Positions 31,710 through 42,237 of a DNA stretch of 64,000 nucleotides are shown here, in pieces. A model generated the notes under the pieces. The model saw only the letters and a program-made list of their open reading frames with translations, was not told the origin of the DNA and made no database searches. Every line of letters starts with the position of its first letter. The stretch's first letter is position 1. Position numbers and translations under genes: made by a program. Source of the stretch: a virus (taxonomy: Duplodnaviria; Heunggongvirae; Uroviricota; Caudoviricetes); IMG/VR virus record IMGVR_UViG_3300037400_004417; one strand, 5' to 3'.

Positions 31710-32364
31710 TCAAAATCCACTCCACCCTACTTTCTTTTTCTGTATCTTTAACGATATAAATTAGTTCATTATCGTAATTGACGGCTATTCCTTCTAAATC
31801 TCTGGCACTATATCCATGATTATTATGCATATTCCAAATAACTTGGTTGCCAGATCCTACTGCATTATGAAAACCATCATTATATTCTTCTTCATTATAG
31901 ATATGTTCTTCTTTAACGTATTCTCCGTCTATTAAAATATCTATATTGTTAAGTATACTAGCTAAATCATAATTTAAATTAAAATCCTTAATAGAACCTA
32001 TCCACTTTAAAATTTCATATTTAGTATAATGAGTAAATAATATAATATGAAAACTTTTAGACTTTAGGCCTCTACACAATTCAGCTAAAGCTTCTGGCTG
32101 ATCAAAAGGTTCGCCGCCAACTATTGTCACATATTTAATTTTAGATACTTCGTTAATATGGTCTACAACTTCAGATACTTCAATTTCTTTAGCATATTCA
32201 TCAGAATGCCATAACCCGGGGTTAAAACAACCACTACAAGGATTACCTGTAGCTGCTTTTTTACATCCACGCATAAATATTTCTACTCTTTGATTCCCCT
32301 CGAGGGGAGAAGGACCAGCAGTAGTACTGGTCCATTTAACATCATAAATCTTAATCTTAGACAT
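31699..32364 (-). CDS. radical-SAM activase-like protein (NrdG/QueE-type) with atypical Cx8Cx2C cluster motif
   Basis: FMRGCKKAATGNPCSGCFNP and VTIVGGEPFDQPEALAEL. Confidence 0.5.
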   Translation of the reverse strand: MSKIKIYDVKWTSTTAGPSPLEGNQRVEIFMRGCKKAATGNPCSGCFNPGLWHSDEYAKEIEVSEVVDHINEVSKIKYVTIVGGEPFDQPEALAELCRGLKSKSFHIILFTHYTKYEILKWIGSIKDFNLNYDLASILNNIDILIDGEYVKEEHIYNEEEYNDGFHNAVGSGNQVIWNMHNNHGYSARDLEGIAVNYDNELIYIVKDTEKESRVEWILNDR

Positions 32365-32396
32365 ATAATGTTCCCTTTCTTGATTGTTTGTTTAAA

Positions 32397-33110
32397 TTAT
32401 TCGGATACAGTTGATTCGTTGACTTCTAATTGTTCCTTTAAATAATTTACGAAATCTGTTAATTCTTTCGGCAATAAATCGTTTACGTCAGTATATGTGT
32501 CAGAAGACCATTCGGATACTATTTCGCTTAATTCTTTTCTAGAAACTGTATTATCAGTAATCAGCTTCTTAATATAATCAAATTCATGCTGGTGTTCATT
32601 TAGAATTTCATCAGTCCATGGATCTTCATAACATAGATTTTCGAAATATTCCTGTTCATCTTCATCTCGATATAACTGAGCGCCAATACCTAACAAAGAA
32701 GCAGCTTTCTTTAATGCATCGGTAGAAGCAGATTTAAATATATCTTTCTGCTCATTTTGTCCGCCAATAACTGGTTTTGCTCCAGCAGCTTGCTTTTTAA
32801 TAGATATTATATTATCATTTTCGTCTTTCATATATATGGTAAGTGTACCGATAACATGAGCAACTGGTCCCTGTGGTTTAGGTTCTTTGTCATACTTAGG
32901 ATTAAACTTATCTTCAGAAGTCTCTTTCCAACAATGATCAATAGTCCAATCCCAATTATAGTTAGTAAGCTTATTTAAGATATCGATAACCATACATCCT
33001 GAAATATACTTTAAATCTCCCTGTCCTGGTTTCTGTTTGATTAAGTTAGCGGGAATTTCTGCACTTATTAAATCAGTAAACTCTTTCTGGATTTCAATTT
33101 TCTTTAACAT
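32397..33110 (-). CDS. Rad52/Sak-like single-strand annealing protein
   Basis: KPGQGDLKYISGCMVIDILNKLTNYNWDW and ASTDALKKAASLLGIGAQLY match Rad52-family signatures. Confidence 0.5.
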   Translation of the reverse strand: MLKKIEIQKEFTDLISAEIPANLIKQKPGQGDLKYISGCMVIDILNKLTNYNWDWTIDHCWKETSEDKFNPKYDKEPKPQGPVAHVIGTLTIYMKDENDNIISIKKQAAGAKPVIGGQNEQKDIFKSASTDALKKAASLLGIGAQLYRDEDEQEYFENLCYEDPWTDEILNEHQHEFDYIKKLITDNTVSRKELSEIVSEWSSDTYTDVNDLLPKELTDFVNYLKEQLEVNESTVSE

Positions 33111-33377
33111 AAAATAAACAAACTCCTCTCTAAAAGTCGTGATATATAATAAAACTATAATGATAAACTAATTATTGCTATTACTATCTTCTAAGAAATC
33201 TAAGATTTCTTTATCGGACATAACGTTTCTTTTCAACTCCATAGTAAAACAAACATTGGATACTGGACATTCGGTATTACATTCTTTTCCATTACAAATA
33301 ATCATAAAAATTTTACCTCAAAAGATAATATTAAGAGATAGCCATATTGACCATCTCTTAATATATTAAATTATAAA

Positions 33378-33650
33378 CTAATCATTAAGTTCAGATGGCA
33401 ACCTCCATCTTACAGCATTGCCATGTTGAAGCCAATTTCTAAAATACATTCTGAGATTCTTTTCATTAATAGAAGAATATGGAGGAACAGGTGTTTCGTA
33501 AGCTTTTTCATTTAGCTGATTAATAACGAAAAAAGTGCTTGATCCTCTTTCTTTCTTGATGGTCGCTTTAAAAGTTCCTTCCGTTAATAAGAATCCGGCT
33601 GTAATATGCCATTTATCTCGTTCTAAAAGCATAATGTTAAGCTTAGACAT
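33378..33650 (-). CDS. hypothetical protein
   Basis: 90-aa ORF. Confidence 0.4.
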   Translation of the reverse strand: MSKLNIMLLERDKWHITAGFLLTEGTFKATIKKERGSSTFFVINQLNEKAYETPVPPYSSINEKNLRMYFRNWLQHGNAVRWRLPSELND

Positions 33651-33654
33651 AATG

Positions 33655-34767
33655 TTACACCGCCCCGTAATTAAGTTTTTCTTCTAACTTCATACTGCTA
33701 GACATAGTAATACAAAGATCAGACATAAACTTAATACGTGCACGAATATCGACTAAGAATTCATAACGACAACGAGTTGCGGCAACAAGATAAGAAAGAT
33801 TAAACTTTTCACCCATATAAGTTGCGTTAGTTAAAGCTCTCTGGGCATTAGTCTTTCTTTCTGCGTCATTCTTACCAATACTTGAGGTCTTACGAATAGT
33901 AGAGCATAAACCATCTTCCTTATCAGTTAAAGCTTCAAGCAAACCACGCATATTAGCTAATGGCACTGCAATCATACCATATAAATCATTTAACTGAGTC
34001 AAGAGAATCTTCATCATGCCTGGATTCATATCCGGAGCAATCTTAATTTCACGAAGCTGATCAGTTACTTCCTGCTTAAACTTCTTCCAATCATCATCTT
34101 CCAAGGAAGAAAGAATCTTGGCGGCGTGTTCATTATAATTTACGCCGACGCCCATTAACTCATCAACATTAACTGGTTCGTTATTAACAGGAGTGATAAC
34201 TTCCTCATTTTTTTCTGTATTAGAATCTTCGCCATCATTATTAACAGGAACAGTGTCACTTTCAGTTGAAGGAATTTCTACAGTTTCGGTCTTCTTAGCT
34301 GCTTCTTCGGCGGCACGAGCGGCTTCCATTTCTGCACGAGTACGACGCTTACGCTTAGCAGGCTTAGGCTTTTCTTCATCTTCTTCCTTCTGCGCTTCAA
34401 TTTCATTAGCGACTTCTGCCTTAGCTTCGTTCACTAAATCTTCTACACTCTGTTCAGAAGTATCTTCTACTGCTTCCTTTTTATCTTCAACGACTGATTC
34501 AGCTTTAATATTTTCTGTTGAAGTATTATTTACTTCTGCATCTTTATTCTCCTCAATCTTTTCTTCAATATCTGTAATTTCTTCGGCAACTGGAACAGAC
34601 TGTTCTGCTCCCTTCTTCTTCCTTGCCAATAAAGACTTAAAACTTGGCTTAGGGGCAGCGGTTTCCTTCGCCTCTGGTTCTGATGTTTTATTTTCAACGT
34701 TAACTTCATTCTTTTTAGCAGCTTCATCAGCAGCACGACGTGCCTTAATCTTATCTAAAAAACTCAT
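33655..34767 (-). CDS. acidic low-complexity protein
   Basis: 370 aa rich in E/K/A/V/N. Confidence 0.4.
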   Translation of the reverse strand: MSFLDKIKARRAADEAAKKNEVNVENKTSEPEAKETAAPKPSFKSLLARKKKGAEQSVPVAEEITDIEEKIEENKDAEVNNTSTENIKAESVVEDKKEAVEDTSEQSVEDLVNEAKAEVANEIEAQKEEDEEKPKPAKRKRRTRAEMEAARAAEEAAKKTETVEIPSTESDTVPVNNDGEDSNTEKNEEVITPVNNEPVNVDELMGVGVNYNEHAAKILSSLEDDDWKKFKQEVTDQLREIKIAPDMNPGMMKILLTQLNDLYGMIAVPLANMRGLLEALTDKEDGLCSTIRKTSSIGKNDAERKTNAQRALTNATYMGEKFNLSYLVAATRCRYEFLVDIRARIKFMSDLCITMSSSMKLEEKLNYGAV

Positions 34768-34812
34768 AATTTATTTTCTCCTTTTTACTTATCTACTTAC
34801 TTACTTTTTTTA

Positions 34813-35526
34813 CTATAAAATGACATCACTATCTGGATAATCTTCTTTTGCTTTTATAAACACAGAAGCAATATCTTTAAAGAAATCCTCTTTATAATCG
34901 CCGGCAAAATCATCTTGAATACTTTCTAACTGTTTTATAGTACTAGGAGCATAAGTGGCCATTGCCTGAATATTATCTCTAATATAGAACCATTTGCCAT
35001 GCTCTTTATCTATAGTTGTGTTTTTCTTAAATACATTCAAGGCAATATTTCCAATAACTATAATATAGAGAGGTTTAAAAGCATCTATAGCATAATCTAT
35101 ATAACATTTGCAGTTATTGATTTCAGAACTACTAGGTGCTCTTCTTAATGTTTCTTTGCCTATCTTTTTGTGAGTAAAACAATTGACGACATTCATCCAT
35201 ATGATTTGTTCTTTGTTAGCATTGCATTTATCTAAAGCTTCATTAATTAAATTGCCTTCTTCTGTATTCTCATAAGGATATACATAATCTTTATCTGACT
35301 GAGATTCGATTACGTGTTCTCCTATAATCATAATGGCCCCATGAGGATTACCAGAAACTAAACTTTTAGTACCTTCAGAGCATTCTTCGCAATAGTCACA
35401 CGTTCGTATAAAGTTATTTAATGTATCTTTAGCTAGTTCTTCAACAGCATAGTCAACATAATGTATAGGATCTGGAGGTCCTACATTTTTAACGAGTTCG
35501 ACTATCTGCTTCTGAACATCATCCAT
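34813..35526 (-). CDS. uracil-DNA glycosylase, family 4-like
   Basis: N-terminal Cys cluster CDYCEEC, GNPHGAIMIIGEHV, VVNCF, ATYAPS match family-4 UDG motifs. Confidence 0.5.
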   Translation of the reverse strand: MDDVQKQIVELVKNVGPPDPIHYVDYAVEELAKDTLNNFIRTCDYCEECSEGTKSLVSGNPHGAIMIIGEHVIESQSDKDYVYPYENTEEGNLINEALDKCNANKEQIIWMNVVNCFTHKKIGKETLRRAPSSSEINNCKCYIDYAIDAFKPLYIIVIGNIALNVFKKNTTIDKEHGKWFYIRDNIQAMATYAPSTIKQLESIQDDFAGDYKEDFFKDIASVFIKAKEDYPDSDVIL

Positions 35527-35652
35527 ACAATCACCTACTTTCCTTATCTTTTATTATTATAAAACAAACAACAGAATACTATAGCTACAGCAAAATATTC
35601 TAGAACAGTTGCTAAATTGTCACCGATTTCAATCATGAGGCAACACCCTCTC

Positions 35653-35991
35653 TTAATTAAGTAAGCCTTGCTTATGAATAATTGGCAACATCTTTGCAGC
35701 TTTTACATCATTCATATCATGTGTCCACTTCTTCCATTCTTCCATAATAAGTTCTTTATTCTTTTTTCCAATATGTCCAATAAAATGATACCATTCAGGA
35801 TGCTCAGTATTTACGTTAATAATAAAATTCTTTCTAGATTCTAATGGTTTTAATGTCTTTATAAAACCTGTATCTTTATCTATCTCATATACTAAAGCTA
35901 CTTGAAAATTAATTGGAGAAATGTATAATACTATATCTCCGATTCTATAATTAAATTCTTTAACTTTCTTATTTTTACTCATTGAATTCAC
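35653..35991 (-). CDS. hypothetical protein
   Basis: 112-aa ORF. Confidence 0.4.
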   Translation of the reverse strand: MNSMSKNKKVKEFNYRIGDIVLYISPINFQVALVYEIDKDTGFIKTLKPLESRKNFIINVNTEHPEWYHFIGHIGKKNKELIMEEWKKWTHDMNDVKAAKMLPIIHKQGLLN

Positions 35992-36660
35992 CTATAAGGT
36001 ATGTTGGAAAATATCTTTTCCACATTTTTCTTCTAGTATTTTCTTTTCTGCTTTTAACAGTTCATTTTCGGCTTTTAATTTTATTAAATTTGCTTCTACT
36101 AATTCTCTTCTTTTTATTTCTAAATTAATTCTGTTATTTGCTGATTTAGCTATTCTCCTATCTTCTATCATGGTTTTAACCATAGACATAATAACATCTT
36201 GATCTACGACAATAAATACTTCATCGTCTGTTTCCTGAAAACTAAATTTTAAATACCAGAATTCCATTTCTTCTCTAGGAGCTTCTCTAGCCAATTTGTC
36301 TAGCCATTCTTTTTTTATCGTAAAAGTCTTTTTACCTGGGGCTTGTTCTTTTACCTTTGTTTTAAGTTCTTCCATTATTCGAATAATGCCGACAATCTGT
36401 TCATCACCTTTTTGTTTATTTGTTGCTCCACTATTAAGAGTCATAGAAGTTTGAACAGTATCATTCATGGCTGCTACATTGGCTTTATGATTTTTATATT
36501 CGAAATTACTTCCCTGTCTTTTATCTGCTTTTTGTGCTACTTTAGCCAGTCCAAACTTTTTTTGTTGAACTGGCTTATAGCACTGAGTAGAGTTAAAACA
36601 GAGATCACATTTTATACCTTCAAATTTGCAATCGGTATAACCCCATTCACAACTACTCAC
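35992..36660 (-). CDS. hypothetical protein (Cys-rich N-terminus, coiled-coil C-terminus)
   Basis: 222-aa ORF. Confidence 0.4.
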   Translation of the reverse strand: MSSCEWGYTDCKFEGIKCDLCFNSTQCYKPVQQKKFGLAKVAQKADKRQGSNFEYKNHKANVAAMNDTVQTSMTLNSGATNKQKGDEQIVGIIRIMEELKTKVKEQAPGKKTFTIKKEWLDKLAREAPREEMEFWYLKFSFQETDDEVFIVVDQDVIMSMVKTMIEDRRIAKSANNRINLEIKRRELVEANLIKLKAENELLKAEKKILEEKCGKDIFQHTL

Positions 36661-36691
36661 AATAGGTCTTCCTTATATTTTGATTATGTGA

Positions 36692-37747
36692 TTAATTATC
36701 ATCTGCAGAAATAACATCTTCTGCTGCAATAGCTGCGGCCAAATCTTCTGCTTCTGATACTTCTTCCACCGGCGTAACTTCTCTAATAGAGGAATGAGAT
36801 TTCTTGCTGGACCGCTTAGTTTTCTTTTCAGCCTGTTCAATAAGTTCATCTAATGCCTCCTCTTCTGCTTTTATTTCCTCAATTTCTTCAGAAGATAATT
36901 CGCTACCACCATAGACAAGATTGGTCAAAGCTTCAAACTTATCAGGATTATTCCTCATATCTTCTCTGAATGCAACTTTACCATTCCATTTATCTACTTC
37001 TTCGCCGTCACTATTGTACTGGCGAATCCATGCACCTTTCATTTCAAGTATGCCTTTTTCTATGCCAGAATTAAGAGCAGAGAAAATAGTCTCTACGCCT
37101 TCTCCAAATAAAGCATAGTATTCAAGTTTTGTATAGGCAAACTTTTCAGGACGAACATGGTTCTTCTTAATAGTTACGCCTATCTTTACGCCTTCTTCTT
37201 TTGTAATTGGTTCTCCGGGGCCAATACTTTTCTTTCTCAAATCTAAAGTAAGATGAGACCAGTGCTTGATTGCTTGACCGCCTTTAAGGACTAATGGATC
37301 TTTAGACATGGTTCCTATATTGGTGGATAAATGACCAATTAAAATAAAGGCTGTCTCGAATTCAGCAATTAAGGCATTAAACTTGCGGTAAATGCGACTA
37401 TTTAACCGGGCCTGAACTGCTACTGTCGCTCCTTCGAAAGATGCTTCTGCCTCCTGACTAGGTAAAATCGCAGATAAAGAATTAATACATACTAAATCAA
37501 TAGCACCTTCTGAACCTTTCATTACTTCATAAAGAGTATCTAAGATTTTTTCAGCTGGCATACTAGAATCAATTGGTATATAATAAAATCTATCTGGATC
37601 TATATGGAATGTATCACAAACATATTCTTTCGTTAAAGAATTTTCAGCCTCTACCCAAGTCGCAATAAAAGACTCTCCTCCTGGAGCATTCATCGCTTTT
37701 CCGATAGATTCTAATACAAGTGAAGTTTTCTTTTGTACCCTTGTTTT
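36692..37747 (-). CDS. recA: RecA recombinase, exon 2
   Basis: KTRVQKKTSLVLESIGKAM...IDLVCINSLSAILP...GATVAVQARLNSRIYRKFNALIAEFETAFILIGHLSTNIGTMSKDPLVLKGGQAIKHWSHLTLDLRK. Confidence 0.8.
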   Translation of the reverse strand, partial: KTRVQKKTSLVLESIGKAMNAPGGESFIATWVEAENSLTKEYVCDTFHIDPDRFYYIPIDSSMPAEKILDTLYEVMKGSEGAIDLVCINSLSAILPSQEAEASFEGATVAVQARLNSRIYRKFNALIAEFETAFILIGHLSTNIGTMSKDPLVLKGGQAIKHWSHLTLDLRKKSIGPGEPITKEEGVKIGVTIKKNHVRPEKFAYTKLEYYALFGEGVETIFSALNSGIEKGILEMKGAWIRQYNSDGEEVDKWNGKVAFREDMRNNPDKFEALTNLVYGGSELSSEEIEEIKAEEEALDELIEQAEKKTKRSSKKSHSSIREVTPVEEVSEAEDLAAAIAAEDVISADDN

Positions 37748-38113
37748 CACAATATTTATATTAGGGAATAGACTATATCTTTACCATATCTTATAGTTAA
37801 TATAAGACTTAGGCACTCTGCACTTCCATTTAAGGGATTCTCACCCATCCTGTAAACGCAGGACCGTACTCTTGTAGCTGATTTTCACAGCCCCTCGCGG
37901 GAGATAGTCGTTGAACCCTTTTTATGTATCCATAAAATTAGGAAGCTGATTGTCTTATGATAATGCATATATCACTTAGATTTTCCAGCATTTCACAGAG
38001 TTTCTTACCTTATTATTTCTAACAAGGATGGCTTCTATTTAAATAATAAAATTTTTTTCTTTTTTTAATAAATTGTTTGTTCTAAATTTTTATGCAATAT
38101 TTAAATAGATTTT
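37748..38113 (-). ncRNA. group I intron (family A, ORF-less) inside the recA Walker A codons
   Basis: exon 1 ends IEDSG (GGT, U), intron ends G at 37748, exon 2 starts AAA ACA (KT); S aatagactatatcttt (37775), R gagatagtcgttgaaccc (37900). Confidence 0.7.
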
Positions 38114-38374
38114 ACCACTATCTTCAATACCTGTAATAATAGAACATCTTCTTCTTGGAAAGCCTCCGCTTACTTTACCGCTAATAGCCTTATTTAAATC
38201 TGGGCAAGCGGTAGGAATATACTTAATAGAAAGTTTTTCTTCAATTTCAGGGTTCTTACCGATTCGCCCCATTATAGTCTTACCGAATTTCTTATTGACC
38301 TTGTCAGTGATTTTATCTAATAACAACATCTTTTCAGCCAAAGTCTTTTGTTTAATAGGTTCTAAACTTGCCAT
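38114..38374 (-). CDS. recA: RecA recombinase, exon 1
   Basis: KKFGKTIMGRIGKNPEIEEKLSIKYIPTACPDLNKAISGKVSGGFPRRRCSIITGIEDSG. Confidence 0.75.
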
Positions 38375-38380
38375 AAATAT

Positions 38381-38587
38381 TTACTCCTCTTTGTATTCTT
38401 TGAACTCTCCATTATTAATATCATCTAAGGCATTAGCCAACTGAGAATGCAAATTCCAAATAGAATTATATTTCATAAAATCTTGACTTTTAGCTTTTGA
38501 CGCAATTAATAAAGTGAAATCATTTATTATGTTAACCAATTCATCTCTAGTAAACTGAAGTTCTATATTATAAAATTCTTCTTTCAC
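38381..38587 (-). CDS. hypothetical protein
   Basis: 68-aa ORF. Confidence 0.35.
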   Translation of the reverse strand: MKEEFYNIELQFTRDELVNIINDFTLLIASKAKSQDFMKYNSIWNLHSQLANALDDINNGEFKEYKEE

Positions 38588-38604
38588 GATAATCAGGACC
38601 TTTA

Positions 38605-38952
38605 CTACTGATTAGAATTTTCGATTAAGTCATTTAAGATTTTTATAATATTTTCATATTTACCAGTAGCATCTTTTATAGTATCTGCTGGTAATCCTTG
38701 GAGATATATAATTTTCTTTATAGACTTTAATCTTTCTTCTAATATAAATTTACTGGCTCTTAATACAGGTTTGGCTACAAATATATCTAAAGAATTTGTC
38801 TCAGAATCTTGTGCTAATTTTAAAGCTTCTTCTACGAGAGTAGCAGCGACTAGTTGTCTAGCCGCCTTTCCCTCGTATTCACTTGATTGAATCATAGAAC
38901 CAATATACTGTACTAAGCCCTGCTTTATCATTTCAGGAGTTGCCTTACCCAT
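38605..38952 (-). CDS. hypothetical protein
   Basis: 115-aa ORF. Confidence 0.4.
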   Translation of the reverse strand: MGKATPEMIKQGLVQYIGSMIQSSEYEGKAARQLVAATLVEEALKLAQDSETNSLDIFVAKPVLRASKFILEERLKSIKKIIYLQGLPADTIKDATGKYENIIKILNDLIENSNQ

Positions 38953-38961
38953 ATTATGATT

Positions 38962-41106
38962 CTATACCTCCGCTTTTTCTTCTTCAATCTCGTCTTCCTG
39001 CATAGGAGCAGAACTTACACTAGCAATAATATCATCTTTTTGAAGATTAACTATTTTAGAACCAGTTGCTGTTCTACTCATTACTTTTATACTAGATGCT
39101 GGAATTCTTATAGTCATACCTAACTGTGTGACAACAAATATAGTTTTGTCGTCTTCAGCAATCAGTATAATATTAATGGCGCCAGTATTTTTAGTAGGCT
39201 TATAGTAAGAGACACCTTTGCTTCCTCGATTAGTAATTCTTATATCTTCAGCATTCATTCTCTTAGCTATACCTTTGTCAGTAACGATAAGAAGCTGATC
39301 TTTGTTATTAGCTTTTAATACAGATACTACATAATCAGAATCATCTTTAAACTTAATTCCTGTTACTCCAGCTGCCGCACGCCCCATTAATCTTATATTA
39401 GATACAGGAGTTCTCACGGCAAAACCATTATTTGTAGCCAATAATACGATATCATTATCTTCTACTAAAGTACAGCCAATAATACTATCATCATCTTTAA
39501 TATTTATGACTTTAGCTCCAGATTTTGTAGAAGGCAAATCTTTAACAGAAAGTCTCTTACATAAACCTTTCTTTGAAGCGAAGAATAAAGTAACATTATC
39601 ATCATTTTCCTTAATCGGAACAATATTAATGATTTTTTCACTTTCTTCTAAAGAAACATAGTTTTGAACATATTTGCCAACAGATTTCTTTGATACAATA
39701 GGTATCTGATATGCCGGCAAAATATAAGCCTTACCTATATTAGTAATAAAGACCAAATTATCATGATTAGTTAAAGATATAATATTCTCAACAAAATCAT
39801 CATCTACTAACTTAGAAGATACTCCCTTGCCATTTTTCTTCTGAGCATTATATTCATTAGTTTTAACAGCTTTAATGATCCCTTTATGAGTAATCATTAT
39901 CATGATATCTTCTTTGGCAATATAATCTTTATCTGTTAAGGAATTTGTAGTCTCGCAAGATATCTCAGTAAGTCGTTCTTCCTTTTCGAATTTTACGGCA
40001 ACTTCATTTAATCTCAACTTTGTTTCATTAAGAAGCTCGAAATCATCATTAAGAATATTCGTTAAGTGTTGTATTTCTTTTGTAAGATTATTTATTTCTT
40101 CATTATATTCATCTATACTAATTTTCTTTAATGTTCTAATTTGTCTAGATAATATCGCAGAAGTTTGTTCTTCGTCTAAAGAATATAAGTCGTTAAATTT
40201 AGACACTATTTCTTCATCGCTATTTGCTTCTTTTATAATGTCTATAACTTCATTAATATTTGGAGTGATTATAGCAAAACCTTCCAAAATATGTAATCTC
40301 TTCTGTTTTCGCGGCAAATCATATTTTATTTTATTCCTTATAATTTCAATAGAATGCTCTAAGAATATTTCTAATAATTCTTTTAAAGTTAAATGTTCTC
40401 TAATTTTACCTTTAACCAAAGCTTGATGATTCATAGAAACAGTTGTCGCCATTTCTGTATCTTTTAATAATTTATTAATGGTAAGTTCAGTATTCACATT
40501 TTTCTTTAAATCTATAACTACCCTTATTCCATCTCGATCAGATTCGTCTCTTACTTCTTTTATGTCTGGAATAATATTATCTTTTCTAAGTTCATCTATT
40601 TTAGATACTAATCTAGATTTTATAACGCCAAAAGGAATTTCTGTAATAATAATACTTTCATTTCCCTTTTTGTCTATTTCTGTATGATACTTAGAACGAA
40701 TCTTTACAGATCCTTTTCCTTCTTTATATCCTTGATGAATCTCTTTTAATGATGTTATAATACCACCAGTAGGAAAATCTGGAGCTTTTATTATATCGAT
40801 TAATTCATCGTCTGTATATTCTTCTCCCTCTAATGTCTTATCTATTATATGATTAACAGCTTTGTAAACATCTTTAGCCATATGAGGAACAAAAGACGTC
40901 CCCATACCTACTGCTATACCACTTACGTAAGAACATAAGAGATTAGGGAATAATCCACTAAGGACAACAGTTTCTTTTTCTGATTCATCATAATTAGGTA
41001 CGAAATCTACAGTACCTTTATCTAAATCCGTCAGCATTAAATCGCCATATACTGATAATCTTCCTTCCGTATATCGCATCGCCGCCGGAGGGTCACCATC
41101 TAAATT
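38962..41106 (-). CDS. gyrA: DNA gyrase/topoisomerase IV subunit A, exon 3
   Basis: NLDGDPPAAMRYTEGRLS, VDFVPNYDESE, GIAVGMGTSF, C-terminal beta-pinwheel repeats (GRAAAGVTGIKF). Confidence 0.8.
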   Translation of the reverse strand, partial: NLDGDPPAAMRYTEGRLSVYGDLMLTDLDKGTVDFVPNYDESEKETVVLSGLFPNLLCSYVSGIAVGMGTSFVPHMAKDVYKAVNHIIDKTLEGEEYTDDELIDIIKAPDFPTGGIITSLKEIHQGYKEGKGSVKIRSKYHTEIDKKGNESIIITEIPFGVIKSRLVSKIDELRKDNIIPDIKEVRDESDRDGIRVVIDLKKNVNTELTINKLLKDTEMATTVSMNHQALVKGKIREHLTLKELLEIFLEHSIEIIRNKIKYDLPRKQKRLHILEGFAIITPNINEVIDIIKEANSDEEIVSKFNDLYSLDEEQTSAILSRQIRTLKKISIDEYNEEINNLTKEIQHLTNILNDDFELLNETKLRLNEVAVKFEKEERLTEISCETTNSLTDKDYIAKEDIMIMITHKGIIKAVKTNEYNAQKKNGKGVSSKLVDDDFVENIISLTNHDNLVFITNIGKAYILPAYQIPIVSKKSVGKYVQNYVSLEESEKIINIVPIKENDDNVTLFFASKKGLCKRLSVKDLPSTKSGAKVINIKDDDSIIGCTLVEDNDIVLLATNNGFAVRTPVSNIRLMGRAAAGVTGIKFKDDSDYVVSVLKANNKDQLLIVTDKGIAKRMNAEDIRITNRGSKGVSYYKPTKNTGAINIILIAEDDKTIFVVTQLGMTIRIPASSIKVMSRTATGSKIVNLQKDDIIASVSSAPMQEDEIEEEKAEV

Positions 41107-42237
41107 CATTTTGTTAATCGTTAAGTTTTTTATCTTAACTCTATATCTTGCGATACAGATCAGCATATATTTTTACGTATTTTTATCATTACTTCAAACG
41201 TAATCCGGTCTCTTGGTAGAATTATATCTTTTCATCTACTATGCGTTGCCCCTGAATATACTTAGTATATCCTTCGGTTCGCGTTTTCCTTGTTCAGGAT
41301 TTTCACGTTTAATACCAGATTAATAATCTAATTTCTTCATGAAGTTTTTGAAACTAGACGGCAAAAATTTAAATATCTATTGTATTTTCTGTCTAAATAA
41401 ATAGTAGCATCAGAATACATAAAATTTAATGCTTTTAAGATTTCTTGTTTTGCTGATATTCTGTATATGTATACATTTTTTCTAAATTTTACTTTGTAAG
41501 TAGTTTTTACACCAGCTAAACGTTCAAAGATATCTTTTATGTATTCCAATATATCTTTCCCCATGCCAAAACCTATTTCTCTATAATTATAGCCATAAGT
41601 TATCCATCCATCTCCATCAAAAATACCCCTTATATAATGATGAATAAGGTGTTCTGGAATTTGTTTTGCTGGCCTTTCGTTTAAAGTTTTAACACTGGAA
41701 AATCCTAAATTTATCAGGGCTTGATGTAAATGTTTATTAGTAATAGTTAATGTACTAACTAAAGCGGTATCACTATATCCACCACTTTTTCTGATTTCAA
41801 TCGGATGTTCAGATTCAATCGATTTTTTAAACTTTTCAACATGATTATGATCTGAATGCATAAGACTTAATCTAATTCCATTGCTCGATTTAAAAATACA
41901 ACCATCTGCGGTTAATAAACCAAGCCAATATGCTTTTTCTTCAGTGTCTATTACATCAAAGTAATTTTCATTTACATCATATATTCCCCGGATTTCATAT
42001 CTATTGTATTCTTTTAAATATTTGGCTAAAGTATCTCTTGATACTCCTAAATCTTTAGCACATTGGGTAATGCTTAGATCTTTATGTTGAGAAAAGTAAT
42101 TTACTGCATCTTCCCAAAATTTTTCGAGCATTTTTTGTTTGTTTAACATTTAAGAACACTTCTTTCTGTGGAAATAGTATACTTAAATTATTACCAAACA
42201 GCTTTAATGCTTTATACATAGATGTTTAAATTTGTTT
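41107..42237 (-). mobile_element. group I intron, gyrA intron 2 (family B-like core), carrying a LAGLIDADG HEG
   Basis: micro-exon ends ...QGNHG (GGT, U) at 42238; intron ends G at 41107; family-B motifs ccggtctcttggtagaattatatcttttca (41205) and ccttcggttcgcg (41270). Confidence 0.6.
41337..42149 (-). CDS. double-motif LAGLIDADG homing endonuclease with N-terminal HTH
   Basis: YWLGLLTADGCIF and YIRGIFDGDGWI. Confidence 0.8.
   Translation of the reverse strand: MLNKQKMLEKFWEDAVNYFSQHKDLSITQCAKDLGVSRDTLAKYLKEYNRYEIRGIYDVNENYFDVIDTEEKAYWLGLLTADGCIFKSSNGIRLSLMHSDHNHVEKFKKSIESEHPIEIRKSGGYSDTALVSTLTITNKHLHQALINLGFSSVKTLNERPAKQIPEHLIHHYIRGIFDGDGWITYGYNYREIGFGMGKDILEYIKDIFERLAGVKTTYKVKFRKNVYIYRISAKQEILKALNFMYSDATIYLDRKYNRYLNFCRLVSKTS

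Noticed and set aside
34193-34840. 215-aa Ser-rich plus-strand ORF
   Set aside because: Complement of the A/E/K-rich acidic protein gene 33655..34767; compositional artefact
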